A DNA stretch of 64,000 nt from Candidatus Omnitrophota bacterium (GTDB taxonomy: Bacteria; Omnitrophota; Gorgyraeia; 2-01-FULL-45-10). The position numbers and the translations under genes are program-made. Positions 38,479-49,400 of the stretch are shown here, piece after piece; within the stretch, counting starts at the first letter, position 1; every line of letters begins with the position of its first letter. The notes beneath the pieces were generated by a model that saw only the letters and a list, made by a program, of their open reading frames with translations, had not been told where the DNA came from and did not search any database. Location of the stretch: assembly GCA_026387175.1 (NCBI GenBank), contig JAPLME010000011.1, positions 129,856-193,855 on the forward strand. The letters run 5' to 3'.

Positions 38479-39662
38479 TAGCGGGAAGCGGGTTCGCAGG
38501 CACCAGCGCCTTTCGCCGCCTGAACAGATATAGGGGCACGCTGGTCAAATACGGCTATGAGATCATCCTTATCGATGAAAAGGATGATTTTGAATTTATC
38601 CCGATGCTGCCCGACCTGATCGGCGGCTGGCTGGATCCCGCAAGGCTGCGGAGCTCTAATAGTGAATTGGCATCGCAGTATGGATGCTCCTTCATAAAGG
38701 GGAGGATCGATGCGCTCGACCCTGAAAGAAAGATGGTCAGCATAGGTGTCCAGAATATAAATTACGAATATCTTATTATATCCACGGGCTCATGCACGAA
38801 TTTTTTCAATAATCAGCTTGTTCAGGCCTCCTGCCGTAAGGTCGATACGATAGCCGACGCGTTAAATATAAAGGAAGAGCTCTCAGCTATCGCCTCGAAG
38901 AAGGGGGAAGTCGATGTCGTTGTGATCGGCGGCGGTTATACGGGTATTGAAAGCGCCACTAATATAAGATGGCTTTTTCGCAGAGAAGGAACGGTGCGCT
39001 GTCATGTGACGATGGTCGAGAAAGCGCCGGATATACTCATGGCTGTCCCTGAATGGATGCGCAAAGAGGCGCACAAAGAGTTGGAAGGCTTGGGAGTCAT
39101 CATGATCTGCGGAGATTCCCTAAAGAGCTATGACGGCCGTACCGTAAACCTTGAATCCGGCCGCTCGATAAAGGCGGATATCTGTTTGTGGACGGCGGGC
39201 GTAAAACTATCGCCTTATCTCGACGGCCTTAAGGCGGAGAAGGAAAGGACCAGGATAAAAGTCACACCTACTCTGAAGATAAAGGAACCAAAGTATGACA
39301 ATATATTTGTAGCGGGAGATACCGCGAATTTTCAGGATAACGATACTGCCCTGGCGATCAGGATGGCGGTCATGTTCTCCATGGGCCAGGGTAAAGTCGC
39401 CGCTGAAAATATCGTAAGATCTATCTCGAATAAACGGCTCATCGAATACAGGGCAGTAGATCTCGGATACCTTATACCGATGGCTCACGGAAAGGCCACG
39501 GGTATAGTGTTGGGTAGGAGGGTTCACGGCCTTTTAGGTTATCTGCTTCACTATTGTATGTGTATCTACAGGTCGGAATGGAAGAATATGTTCGGAATAG
39601 TGAAGGACCTGACAGCGAAAATGGCCGGGTCGGCCGTCAAAAAGAGAGGGAGGGTACAATGA
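38457..39662 (+). CDS. FAD-dependent pyridine-nucleotide-disulfide oxidoreductase, NDH-2 (type II NADH:quinone oxidoreductase)-like.
   Basis: Two dinucleotide-binding motifs, 'IVIAGSGFAGTS' and 'VVVIGGGYTGIE', at NDH-2-like spacing. Confidence 0.6.
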   Translation: MQKKNIVIAGSGFAGTSAFRRLNRYRGTLVKYGYEIILIDEKDDFEFIPMLPDLIGGWLDPARLRSSNSELASQYGCSFIKGRIDALDPERKMVSIGVQNINYEYLIISTGSCTNFFNNQLVQASCRKVDTIADALNIKEELSAIASKKGEVDVVVIGGGYTGIESATNIRWLFRREGTVRCHVTMVEKAPDILMAVPEWMRKEAHKELEGLGVIMICGDSLKSYDGRTVNLESGRSIKADICLWTAGVKLSPYLDGLKAEKERTRIKVTPTLKIKEPKYDNIFVAGDTANFQDNDTALAIRMAVMFSMGQGKVAAENIVRSISNKRLIEYRAVDLGYLIPMAHGKATGIVLGRRVHGLLGYLLHYCMCIYRSEWKNMFGIVKDLTAKMAGSAVKKRGRVQ

Positions 39663-40063
39663 GCGCTTTATCTGATATAGCTATTCTCTTATTGAGGATC
39701 GGTATAGGCGTTATATTCATCGGGCATGGCATGCAGAAGACATTTGGAGCCTTCGGGGGTCAGGGAGTCCAGGGCCTCGTCGGAATGGTGCAAAGCCTGG
39801 GTTTCAATCCGCCGATCGTCTGGGCGTGGATTCTCGCGCTCTCGGAGTTATCGGGAGGTATATTCACGCTGCTCGGGGTATTGCCGAGAGTAGGAGCGGC
39901 TTTAATAAGCATATCAATGATCGTGGCCATAGTGAAGGTCCACGGCCCGAAGGGGCTATTCGCCGCGCAGGGAGGTTTCGAATACCCGTTCCTGATACTC
40001 ATGGTGACGCTCTCTCTCGTAATAACGGGCGCCGGCAAGTTTTCGATATTCAATAAATTCTAA
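39659..40063 (+). CDS. DoxX-family membrane protein.
   Basis: An AGAGGGAGGG RBS precedes the start. 'LLLRIGIGVIFIGHGMQK' is the DoxX signature. ATGA overlap with the upstream gene. Confidence 0.65.
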   Translation: MSALSDIAILLLRIGIGVIFIGHGMQKTFGAFGGQGVQGLVGMVQSLGFNPPIVWAWILALSELSGGIFTLLGVLPRVGAALISISMIVAIVKVHGPKGLFAAQGGFEYPFLILMVTLSLVITGAGKFSIFNKF

Positions 40064-40074
40064 GGCTTCCATAA

Positions 40075-41100
40075 ATGACAAAGACTAAGATAATATGCAC
40101 CTTAGGTCCCGCCTCAAGTAAGGCGGGCGTTCTACTGAAGATGATGCGTGCCGGGATGGATGTGGTGAGGCTGAATTTTTCTCACGGCAGCCTACCGGAA
40201 CATCTGTCGCGGATACGCCTGGTAAGGGAACTTAATAGGAAATATCGCCGGCATATAAGGATATTGGGAGATCTGGAGGGCTATCGCATACGTCTCGGCA
40301 GGCTTAAAGGCGGCAAGCCCATTCAGATAAAGAAAGCCCAGACCATCTGGTTGACCCAGGAGAATATATTAGGAGAAGGCGATCTAATACCATTCGATTA
40401 TGTGGGCTCTTTAAATAGGATAGGAAAGGGCCAGCATATCTATATCGATGACGGTAATATTGCTCTTATGGCCGAGATTTGCGAAAAGAATAGGCTGAAG
40501 ACGAAGGTAATAATCCCGGGGGTGCTTAAGGAGCATAAGGGTGTTAATATGCCGGATGTCCGGATCGATTTTAAGGGACTCACTTCGAAGGATAAAGCGC
40601 ATCTCGATTTTTGTGTGGAGAATAAGATCGATTTTATCGCCCAGTCTTTTGTGAGAAGCGCGGACGACATTCTCGCCTTAAGGCAATATCTTAAAAGTAA
40701 CTCCAATAAGTTCCGAATTATCGCGAAGATAGAGAATTGGGAAGGCATCAGGAATATCGATAAGATAATCGATGTCTGCGAAGGGATCATGGTCGCAAGA
40801 GGCGATATGGGTGTCTCCATTCCGATATACGAAGTGCCCATAATGCAGAAAGAGATAATAAAAAGGTGCAACAGGATGAAGAAATTTGTGATCACCGCTA
40901 CGCAGATGCTTGAGAGCATGACCGAAAACCGTCGTCCTACGAGAGCTGAGGTCTCCGACGTCGCTAACGCCATATTGGACGGCTCGGACTACGTGATGCT
41001 CTCCGGGGAAACCGCCGTCGGCTTATATCCGTCGGAATGTGTTGACATGATGAACAAAATAATCACTTTCACCGAGAAGCACCAAATTAGTAAGGCTTGA
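40075..41100 (+). CDS. pyk: Pyruvate kinase lacking the C-terminal (effector) domain (341 aa).
   Basis: '[10 protein letters not shown]', '[11 protein letters not shown]' and '[26 protein letters not shown]' are present. The protein ends where the PK C-domain normally begins. Confidence 0.7.
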   Translation: MTKTKIICTLGPASSKAGVLLKMMRAGMDVVRLNFSHGSLPEHLSRIRLVRELNRKYRRHIRILGDLEGYRIRLGRLKGGKPIQIKKAQTIWLTQENILGEGDLIPFDYVGSLNRIGKGQHIYIDDGNIALMAEICEKNRLKTKVIIPGVLKEHKGVNMPDVRIDFKGLTSKDKAHLDFCVENKIDFIAQSFVRSADDILALRQYLKSNSNKFRIIAKIENWEGIRNIDKIIDVCEGIMVARGDMGVSIPIYEVPIMQKEIIKRCNRMKKFVITATQMLESMTENRRPTRAEVSDVANAILDGSDYVMLSGETAVGLYPSECVDMMNKIITFTEKHQISKA

Positions 41101-41154
41101 CATCGGCCCATCCGCGATTTATACTGATTACTGTAGATGGTTAATATCTGATCT

Positions 41155-41252
41155 ATGACATATAGGGGAGGTCGCGTTACGGCCTGAGAGTTCCGCTAGA
41201 GCGGATTACCCGATGAACCTGACCTGGATAATGCCAGCGTAGGGAGTAGAAG
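41155..41252 (+). promoter_or_regulatory. TPP (thiamine pyrophosphate) riboswitch aptamer (THI element).
   Basis: 'GGGGAGGUCGCG...GGCCUGAGAG...ACCCGAUGAACCUGACCUGGAUAAUGCCAGCGUAGGGAG' matches the THI-box consensus (CUGAGA, ACCUGAUCUGGAUAAUGCCAGCGUAGGGA). It lies upstream of a Thi4 gene. Confidence 0.85.
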
Positions 41253-41264
41253 TAATTTTATATA

Positions 41265-41296
41265 CCCTTGTGCTCACGGCATGGGGGTTTTTTATT
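41265..41296 (+). terminator. Riboswitch expression-platform terminator. A 9-bp stem (CCCUUGUGC-UCACG-GCAUGGGGG, with G-U pairs) is followed by U6.
   Basis: Folded by hand. It sits immediately 3' of the aptamer. Confidence 0.55.
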
Positions 41297-41312
41297 GCAT
41301 CAAACCAAAAGG

Positions 41313-41416
41313 CCGATGTCAGAGACATCGGCACTTAGCCTGTAATGCGGCTGAATAAACTAGGCCGATATCAGAGATATCGGCACTTAGCCGACAATAT
41401 GGCTGAATAAACTAGG
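41313..41416 (+). repeat. Two tandem 52-nt direct repeats (about 85% identical). Each contains an 8-bp hairpin (CCGAUGUC-AGA-GACAUCGG). The second copy ends in the thi4 RBS.
   Basis: Repeat units at 41313-41364 and 41365-41416 were read directly from the sequence. Confidence 0.6.
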
Positions 41417-41424
41417 AGGCAGGC

Positions 41425-42198
41425 ATGAAACTGGATGAGATCAAGATTTCTAAGGCGATAATAGAGACCTATAATGACAAGCTTATAAAGGCTCTGGACG
41501 TCGATGTGGCCATCGTGGGCGCCGGGCCGGCAGGCATGGTCTGCGCATACTATCTGGCGAAGGCGAAGAAGCACGTCGTCATGTTCGAGAGAAAGCTGTC
41601 GGTGGGCGGCGGCATGTGGGGCGGCGGCATAATGTTCAATGAGATAGTTGTCCAGGAAGAGGCTAAAGAGATCCTGGATGAGCTCGGCGTCAGGACTCGG
41701 AAGTATGACAGCGATTACTATCTGTCGGATTCGATCGAAGCGGTGTCCACCATCTGTTCGAAGACGGTAAAGGCCGGCGCCCAGATCTTCAATCTTATAA
41801 GTGCCGAAGACATCATGATCAGACAGAAGAGGGTATGCGGGCTCGTCCTGAACTGGACGGCAGTCGAGATGGCAAAGCTTCACGTGGACCCCATCACGAT
41901 GAGGGCGAAATATGTCGTAGATGCTACGGGCCACGCCACCGAAGTCGCGCGCATCATCGAGAGAAAGTCCGGCATAAGCCTTAAGACCAAGACAGGCAAG
42001 ATCATGGGCGAGGGCTCTATGTGGGCGGATGTCGCCGAAAATATGACATTGAAGAATTCCAAGGAAGCCGCACCGGGCTTCTACGTCTGCGGCATGGCCG
42101 CCAACGCGGTATTCGGCGGACCGAGAATGGGCCCGATATTCGGAGGCATGCTCCTCTCCGGCAGGAAGGTGGCTAAAGACCTGATCAAGTTACTGTAG
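41425..42198 (+). CDS. thi4: Thiazole synthase, Thi4 family.
   Basis: '[19 protein letters not shown]' FAD-binding N-terminus. The ~257-aa Thi4 architecture. A TPP riboswitch lies upstream. Confidence 0.8.
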   Translation: MKLDEIKISKAIIETYNDKLIKALDVDVAIVGAGPAGMVCAYYLAKAKKHVVMFERKLSVGGGMWGGGIMFNEIVVQEEAKEILDELGVRTRKYDSDYYLSDSIEAVSTICSKTVKAGAQIFNLISAEDIMIRQKRVCGLVLNWTAVEMAKLHVDPITMRAKYVVDATGHATEVARIIERKSGISLKTKTGKIMGEGSMWADVAENMTLKNSKEAAPGFYVCGMAANAVFGGPRMGPIFGGMLLSGRKVAKDLIKLL

Positions 42199-42247
42199 TT
42201 CAAAAATGTTAGGTAGGAAAAAGACAGCTTTCTTTCTATTAATTTAA

Positions 42248-42282
42248 CAAACATGTGTGGTAAAATTTATCACACATGTTTG
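42248..42282. promoter_or_regulatory. 12-bp perfect inverted repeat (CAAACATGTGTG-N11-CACACATGTTTG) that encloses the start codon of the downstream gene.
   Basis: Read from the sequence. The ATG at 42276 lies in the 3' arm. Confidence 0.4.
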
Positions 42283-45200
42283 CCTATAGAACCACGCATA
42301 GCATATCACTAAAAGTTATAGCAATAGGCATGGTGTGCCTATTCTGCACGAACATAGTTGTCCTAGCCAACACAGATATCCTCGCTCCTATCGTCGGAAA
42401 TCCAGAAGTCTACAAAGCGATGCAGGGCATGATGGAAGAGCGGCTTGCTGTCCAGCAGAAACCGGCAAGTGAGCCATTTCAGCCAGAATTTGCGCTCAAA
42501 TTGCCGATCATTAAAATCGATCAGCCCGGCGCAGTTATATTTAACCCAAAGCTCAACTTCGTCCAGGGTAAGTCTTTGGACACCACCCTTATTAATACAA
42601 CGCGTTCTGCAGAAGAAGTGCGGGCGCTTTTAAAAAATATGCCGCGAGGCACGAAGCTCTTTATTAAGGGCCATCTCAGAGGCGTTGACGGCCCCGGCTC
42701 ATCTCTTGATTTGCCGGAATTCCAGATAAAACTTACGCCCCAGGGTAGTGTATTAATAGAACAGATCCCCTCCACTCCAACCCTTGCCAGCGAATTCAGT
42801 GTTACGGTACAGTTTGAGCTTCTGCCGGACAAAGATGATAGTGATGTGATCGAATACGTAGCTCCGGACTATGGCATTACCCAGGAGAAGCCCTACAGGG
42901 TTAAAGGCGGCGTCAAACTTAATACTGCCACTGAGGATACACCATGGGAGACGACGCCGAACGGCCAAAAGGACGGACCTGCGTTTATATTCCGGAACGT
43001 ATTCGGCCTCGGCGGTATACGCATAATCTGCGCGGATACTGACGCGATGGCTTTAGCCGGCGGTATGGAGTCGTCCAATGTATTTAATGTCGCTCTGATA
43101 GCCGCCGCGAGTATGTTAAGCGGCGCTAATCTATCGCAGGCAGATATATTCAGCCTCGCAGTGAAGCTTGAAAATAATGAATTTAAAGGATTGACGGGCG
43201 GTCAGGGACATCTTTGCTGTATGCTCGGAGGCGCTTACAGGCATTTATGGCTTTCGGGCCTGACCGACAATGCGGGTGAGTTGGTTAATCCTTATGCTGC
43301 GCTTTCAGTGCCATTTCTATCCGAGGGTCAGCTTAGCGCGATCGAGGATCACATGTTCCTCGTGCAGGCCGGAAAAGAATTCGAGAACGGCGAACCTAAG
43401 GTCAAGCGGACGGCATCCCTGATCAATTATATGTGGACCGACTTATTGAGGTATAACGATGCGGAAGGTTTAAGACTGCATCAGCAGAAGATAGCGCTCG
43501 CCGGGCAGTACACAAAGGCTCTGCAGGAAGGGAAATTCGAAGATGCGGTAACTGCCGTGAATAGATATGTTGATATCAGGGATGAACTGTGCCGCCGATG
43601 GATGGGCCTGGTGATAGATCATCATCTCGGTAGAGATGCGCCAGAATATGTGAAAAAATATTTTGCGCCGAAGGTTTTTGATAGATCGAACGAATATTAT
43701 GAGTTCTACGATGTGGTAAGGAATGTAATAAATAAGATGGACGAGCGCAGGGCAGAAGGCGCGCAAGACTATGAGACAATAGCGAAGAATACAAGTTTTT
43801 ATACTTACGAAGGCACAGGCGTTCTCGTGCAGAAAGCCAGGAAAGAGGGGATAGCTATCATGCCTCTGGGCGCCGGCGGGCCCGGAGCCAATCTTGTCGC
43901 GATATCTGCCCGTGGAAGCGCTCACCTGAAGAGTTTCCTGGAGCGGGAGGGCATATGGCAGTTTACGGCTGAAAAAGCCGAAGAGGCCAAGAAGATAATA
44001 AGAGGGTTTATAAAAACCGGAACGATCAGAGGATATATGCAGTTCAAGGTCGGCCGGGAAGGGCTAAAGATAGGCGGATTCGACAGCCTCACCGGCATTC
44101 GAGTGCCTGAAGGGCCGGTGCAGCTATCCAAGGTAGTCGGAACCAAAGCGGCGCCGGACTGGTGGTTAAAGAGGCAGATGGGCGGGATACTCTGCCCTCT
44201 CTTTTCTGGGAAGCGGCAAGGCGACCAGGGGATTGGCGATCTGAAGTGGCTTGAATCTTTCATCGATTTCATGTCGAAGCAGGACGCCGATTTTCTTGTG
44301 CAGCTGCCGACCACACAGATAAATCCGACCGATTCCTGCCCATATGTCAGCATAAGCTTATTTGCCAATAACGCTATCTGTTATCTCCCTCTCGACGAAC
44401 TTATTTCAGCTAAAGAAATGAGTAATTATCAGAAAGAGTTTGTGAAGATGTCCGCCGATGCGGATATGGCAAAAAAGTTAAACTCCGCTCTATCCGCCCA
44501 GAAAATAGACTACGCGATTATCGTGCCGTATAAAGAATATTGTCTGCGCCAGGAATTTGAGAAGTTGTATCCCGGCATCGCCCTAGGCGATAATTCGGGA
44601 TTCAATGCTTACGTGAAAGAGAATAAAGACTGGATAGAAGATTACTCTCTCTTCCACTCCTTATTAAATTATCACAACGGCCGGGCATGGTGGGAGTGGG
44701 ATCGTCAATATAAGGAAAGGGATGCTGAAGCGCTTAAGGCGTATAGTCAAAAAAATAAGAAAGAGATCCTATTTTATCAATATCTCCAGTGGCTATATTA
44801 CTCACGCTGGCAGAAGGTACGCGCGTATTCCCGCGAGAAAAACAAATTTATTATAGGCGATGCGCCTATATATCCTGCGCCTAATAGCGCGGATGTCTGG
44901 GTGAATCAGGATATCTTCGATATGGCCAAGAACGCAGGCGCGCCTGCCGAGCCCATAGCTCCCGACGGACAAAATTGGGGAACGCATCCTTACAGATGGG
45001 ACGAAAACTACTATAAAGTGATCGGATTCTGGGAGAAGCGCATAAGATATATGGCGCGATTCTATGATGGAATAAGAATAGATCATCTGCTCGGTTTGTG
45101 CTCGGAGTGGCTTATAGATGTCGGCCAGCATCCTAAGACAGGAAAATTTTATCCTGAATCTCTGGAAGCAGGGGCTGCGATGGGCGAGAAGATCCTCCGC

Positions 45201-46235
45201 CACCTGGCAAAAGCAGCCGAAGAAGAAAATATACTGCTTATCGGCGAAGATATAGGCTATAGAGACCATATTATAAGGGAGATGATAGATAACCTCTCGC
45301 TGGAACTGCCGAATCTATTTTTATATAATCCCGTTGGCTGGCGGCAAAAACATATGGCTAATAGGCCCCATACCATGGTCGTGGACGCGACACATGACAC
45401 GCCGGCCACATTTGCCGAGCGTTATGACGGATTGCATGATGGGGACCGCGGTCAGGTGAGAGACTTTTTAGATGTGCACGGCATTCAACCGGTTTCCGAA
45501 GACGCAAACCATATGGAAGAGCAAGTTATCGCGGCAATGGAAAGGGAGAGTTTTTATTGCCTCACTTTGCAGACAATAGTGGGAGAAAGAGATGCGCAAG
45601 TAAATGTACCTGGCGAAGTAGGGCCGCATAACTGGTCGTGGCGGGCGCCGCCGGTGGAAGAACTTTTAAAAATGGAGCACCTCGGTTATTTCCCGAAGCC
45701 GGCCAGTGCCACAAAAGAAGTTATAGGGGCGCTTCCGCAGGAATGGCTAAATGATGGGAATAAATTCAATGCCGCCGAATTCATTAAATATCTATCCAGC
45801 CTTCCTCGCAATAATAATAGAATCCTCGAACAAGATAAAACAGCATTTATATTTTCAGAAAACGTCACCTTCGCTAATGGCTTGGGGGTGCTCTTACCGA
45901 AATTAGTTAAATCCGGTATGAAAGTGGCGGTAATAGCTACCAATGACAAGGAGAGGGCGTTGATCGACGAGTTAAATCAAAATAAACCTGATGATGAAAG
46001 AATAATTTATGCTGACACAATCATTGAGGCAAGAATAAAGGCCAAAACGGCAAGGTATTATTACTTTAAAGTTAATGGCGATCCTGATACGGATTTGTAT
46101 AACGTCACTACATTCGATATAACGGACATAGTTAAGAAGATAATAGATGCTATAGGCAAAGTCAGCGGCATAGTGGAGCGCGAGAGGCTGGAGCTTCTCC
46201 ATGAGGCGGCCCGGAAATTCGCGCAAGCCGCATAA
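42276..46235 (+). CDS. Fusion protein with an N-terminal GHMP-family sugar kinase domain and a C-terminal GH77 4-alpha-glucanotransferase (amylomaltase, MalQ-like) domain.
   Basis: GHMP motif II 'AGGMESSNVFNVALIAAAS' and motif III 'MPLGAGGPGANLVAIS'. GH77 motifs 'GGILCPLFS...GIGDL', 'GDAPIYPAPNSADVW' and 'IRIDHLLGL'. Confidence 0.65.
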   Translation: MFAYRTTHSISLKVIAIGMVCLFCTNIVVLANTDILAPIVGNPEVYKAMQGMMEERLAVQQKPASEPFQPEFALKLPIIKIDQPGAVIFNPKLNFVQGKSLDTTLINTTRSAEEVRALLKNMPRGTKLFIKGHLRGVDGPGSSLDLPEFQIKLTPQGSVLIEQIPSTPTLASEFSVTVQFELLPDKDDSDVIEYVAPDYGITQEKPYRVKGGVKLNTATEDTPWETTPNGQKDGPAFIFRNVFGLGGIRIICADTDAMALAGGMESSNVFNVALIAAASMLSGANLSQADIFSLAVKLENNEFKGLTGGQGHLCCMLGGAYRHLWLSGLTDNAGELVNPYAALSVPFLSEGQLSAIEDHMFLVQAGKEFENGEPKVKRTASLINYMWTDLLRYNDAEGLRLHQQKIALAGQYTKALQEGKFEDAVTAVNRYVDIRDELCRRWMGLVIDHHLGRDAPEYVKKYFAPKVFDRSNEYYEFYDVVRNVINKMDERRAEGAQDYETIAKNTSFYTYEGTGVLVQKARKEGIAIMPLGAGGPGANLVAISARGSAHLKSFLEREGIWQFTAEKAEEAKKIIRGFIKTGTIRGYMQFKVGREGLKIGGFDSLTGIRVPEGPVQLSKVVGTKAAPDWWLKRQMGGILCPLFSGKRQGDQGIGDLKWLESFIDFMSKQDADFLVQLPTTQINPTDSCPYVSISLFANNAICYLPLDELISAKEMSNYQKEFVKMSADADMAKKLNSALSAQKIDYAIIVPYKEYCLRQEFEKLYPGIALGDNSGFNAYVKENKDWIEDYSLFHSLLNYHNGRAWWEWDRQYKERDAEALKAYSQKNKKEILFYQYLQWLYYSRWQKVRAYSREKNKFIIGDAPIYPAPNSADVWVNQDIFDMAKNAGAPAEPIAPDGQNWGTHPYRWDENYYKVIGFWEKRIRYMARFYDGIRIDHLLGLCSEWLIDVGQHPKTGKFYPESLEAGAAMGEKILRHLAKAAEEENILLIGEDIGYRDHIIREMIDNLSLELPNLFLYNPVGWRQKHMANRPHTMVVDATHDTPATFAERYDGLHDGDRGQVRDFLDVHGIQPVSEDANHMEEQVIAAMERESFYCLTLQTIVGERDAQVNVPGEVGPHNWSWRAPPVEELLKMEHLGYFPKPASATKEVIGALPQEWLNDGNKFNAAEFIKYLSSLPRNNNRILEQDKTAFIFSENVTFANGLGVLLPKLVKSGMKVAVIATNDKERALIDELNQNKPDDERIIYADTIIEARIKAKTARYYYFKVNGDPDTDLYNVTTFDITDIVKKIIDAIGKVSGIVERERLELLHEAARKFAQAA

Positions 46236-46314
46236 TTGTTTAGCCGCACCCCTTGTTTTTCCTATAAACCGTGCTATACTTTAGTTAAGACGCTTATGAG
46301 CGTCAAAGAAGTTC

Positions 46315-46362
46315 GCCCGTCTATCGGATAAATTAAGACGATTTACGATAGACGGGCTTTTT
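46315..46362 (+). terminator. Intrinsic terminator. A 12-bp perfect stem (GCCCGTCTATCG / CGATAGACGGGC) is followed by T5.
   Basis: Read from the sequence. It lies 80 nt after the stop of the fusion gene. Confidence 0.6.
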
Positions 46363-46402
46363 AATGCCTAAATGGCCGATTTGATAAATAATCAAATTAT
46401 TC

Positions 46403-46431
46403 TTGACAAAAAGTAAATAATGTGGTATGCT
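46403..46431 (+). promoter_or_regulatory. Sigma70 promoter (TTGACA-17 nt-TGgTATGCT extended -10) for the giant gene.
   Basis: Consensus -35 box, TG extension and 17-nt spacer. Confidence 0.5.
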
Positions 46432-46459
46432 TGTCTTGCAATGAAAAGTGAGACAGGAC

Positions 46460-49400
46460 ATGATAACCACACTGAAGACTAAAGCACCTTTTAAGGCTAT
46501 GGCGCTCGCCATAGCCTTTTCTTTTCTATGGCAGCAGATCTTATGGGCCGGTGATCTGGCAGCCACCACCCTCGAAAACTTGAATCAAGAACAATCCCAA
46601 ACCTTTGCGCCCGACTATCTTCAAAATCAGCAGACGGCCAGCCAGAGCATGATAACCCAGAAGCAGGATGTGGAAGATACCATCAATTCGCAGGCCCAAA
46701 CCGCAAACAATATCTCCGGCAATACAAAAGAATCCTCCGATAACTCTATAGAATTACAGGGCCCGAAATCGGCCTCTTCCGGCCAGGCCGGGGCAACCTC
46801 ATCTTCCACTATAATAGAGGAAGCTGCGAATGCGCCTGAAGGCGACGGCGCGATACTTTCCGTGACTACAGGAGATGGCGATATCGTGCATTATGCGGAT
46901 GGCGCGATAAGTTCCATTGAGAAGAAAGACGGTACGGTATTACGTGATCTCGTAATAGGCGAGAATAACGAGCTTATCGCCGCGAATATAACATATAAGG
47001 ATGATACCAATGAGATCGTCGCAAACGGTAAAGTGGCCAGGCTAACAAAACCCGATGGCACGGTCTTCGAATACAGTGGTGAACTGATCACGAGGGCGAC
47101 CTATCCGGACCCTGACAATCCGGAAGGAAATGTTGTCGACTATTTTTACTCTGTAGATAATGACAATAATATCATTGAAACAAAGCTTAAAGATTCTGAA
47201 AAATCATCTTTTTATGACAAAAACGGCGCGCTTATAAGAGTCGAATTTAATACCGGGAAAGTAATTGAATACGATAGCGATAAAAACGACGATACCGATA
47301 ACGGCATTCTTTCGAAAGTCATTACCGAAGATGGGAAGATATACATTTATGAGAAGAGCGAAGATGCCATTGACGGAGAGACGGTGTACACCGTTAAATT
47401 GAAGGAGATAAGAGACGGCGAAGGGAATACATTCCGGCTTGAAGATAATAATATCACGGAGATAGAGCTCTCAGATGGCACCATATTAAGAAACTTCGAG
47501 CTTGATTCTTCCGGTAACCTGGTCTCCGGAAATATAATATATAAAGATAACCCGACGCTCCGGTCCATTCTGGTCGAGAATAAAAGGGTCAAAGAAGTAA
47601 ATGATGTAAATGGCGTCAGGACCACGTATCGTTACGACCGGATTAATGAGGCAGGGGATATCGTAAACGCTACCATCGAGATAGACGACGGCTCCTCCGC
47701 CGTAGAAACATACACTTACACGAAGGACGAAGAGACGCTCGGCGTCACCATAACAAACGGCGATAGGACATGGAAATATAACTCCGCCTGGGTCCTGGAA
47801 AGTTTCAGCGACAGTGAGGGGGCCATAAAGCATCACTATTCACCCCTTGCCGTTTATGCGGGATCGACCTTCACATTAAGTGACGGCACCATTAAGGAAT
47901 ATAACGATAATAAGAGCCTGATAAAAACAATCCTTACTGACGGCACTGCTTATGAATATTATCAAAGCGGCAAATTTGCCGGGAAGCTTCAGAAGGAGGT
48001 GTCCCCTGACGGCAAAAGCATCATTTACGACTATAAGATAACGCCTGAAGGTGATCTCGTCGTTTACAAAAGAACGTCATATGACAAGAGCTCATCCTAC
48101 AAAAGCTATTATGCTACCGACAACGTAAATTACACTACAAATCCCACGCTTAAAGCGAGTTTTAATTTAGACAGCGACAAGACATATTCTTCCGCCTATG
48201 CGAGCGCGTCCTATTATAACTACAATGATAAATCGGTAAGCCTCTCTTTAAGCTTCTACAATGAAAAACCCTATCTCTATTACTATTCCTATAATTACAA
48301 AACCAAACAATATGTTTACGACTATAAGCAGCTGGATATAACCATAAATAAAGACACGGATTACACCGTAGAATATATATGGACCTCTACGGGTGTTAAT
48401 ATATATCTGTATAAATCCTCCGGAACGAGGCCCGGGACTGCTCTATACACGATAGCCGATAATAAATGGAACCCGGTTTTCTCCTTAAGCGGCAGCAACG
48501 CCCATTTAACACTAGACCCTTCCTCGAGCGGCACATACACAGGAAGCGAAAGCGTCTCCACGGATTATAATAATCCGCTAAAGGGCGGCCCTATGTACGC
48601 CGCTGAATTCACCTTCGACCAGAATGCCGCCTCCAGGTCCTTATATTATAGTGTTTATGGCAACAACAGCGCTTCTTACGATTCTATATACTTTAATTAT
48701 TACAATAATACTCCGAGCTTAAGCGTCTATCACTACGACTACAAGACCTACCAGTACACAAATAAGACTATTCCCGTAAATGTCGCCTTTAATAAGGGCG
48801 CGACCTATGTCATGCAGACAAAGATGGAAGACAATGTTCTAAAACTTTATATCTACGAGAAAGGTACCGCGCCGGGCGATCCCATCTATACTATCGAGAA
48901 CGCCGTCTGGAACCCGCAAGTCTATTCGACGATAAGCGGCGGCCGGATGAATGTCGAGGCGTACGATAACCTGGAAGTGTATAAATATGGCGATGCAGAT
49001 GGGACCTTACTTGAGCGCAATAGCTACGCGGACAAGGCCCTCCTTACCTATATATACGATGACGCGAGAGAGGTGATAGGGAAGAAGCTCGCCCTGGAAG
49101 ACGGCACAAAAAAGATATATGATGCGTATAATAAACTCTTGACCGAGACAAAAGCGAATGGTGAGATCGCGGCATATGAATACGACGCTTCAGGTAACGT
49201 CATATCTATAACTCCCCGCTTTCCGGACGGCACCGGCTACACATATTACGATTCCGGGGCCTTCCAGGGCAAGCTCAAATCCGCGGCCATTCCCGATGGA
49301 AAAGTCGTATACTACGATTATGCCGTAAATGAAAACGGCAATCTCCAGGTATATAAAAGAGTATCATATGACAAATCTAACCTTTATCAGAGCATTTATT

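Noticed and set aside
46448-46459. A GTG start for the giant gene.
   Set aside because: The downstream ATG at 46460 yields a canonical signal peptide (MITTLKTKAPFKAM...). The GTG adds only MRQD. Either is possible, and the ATG is preferred.
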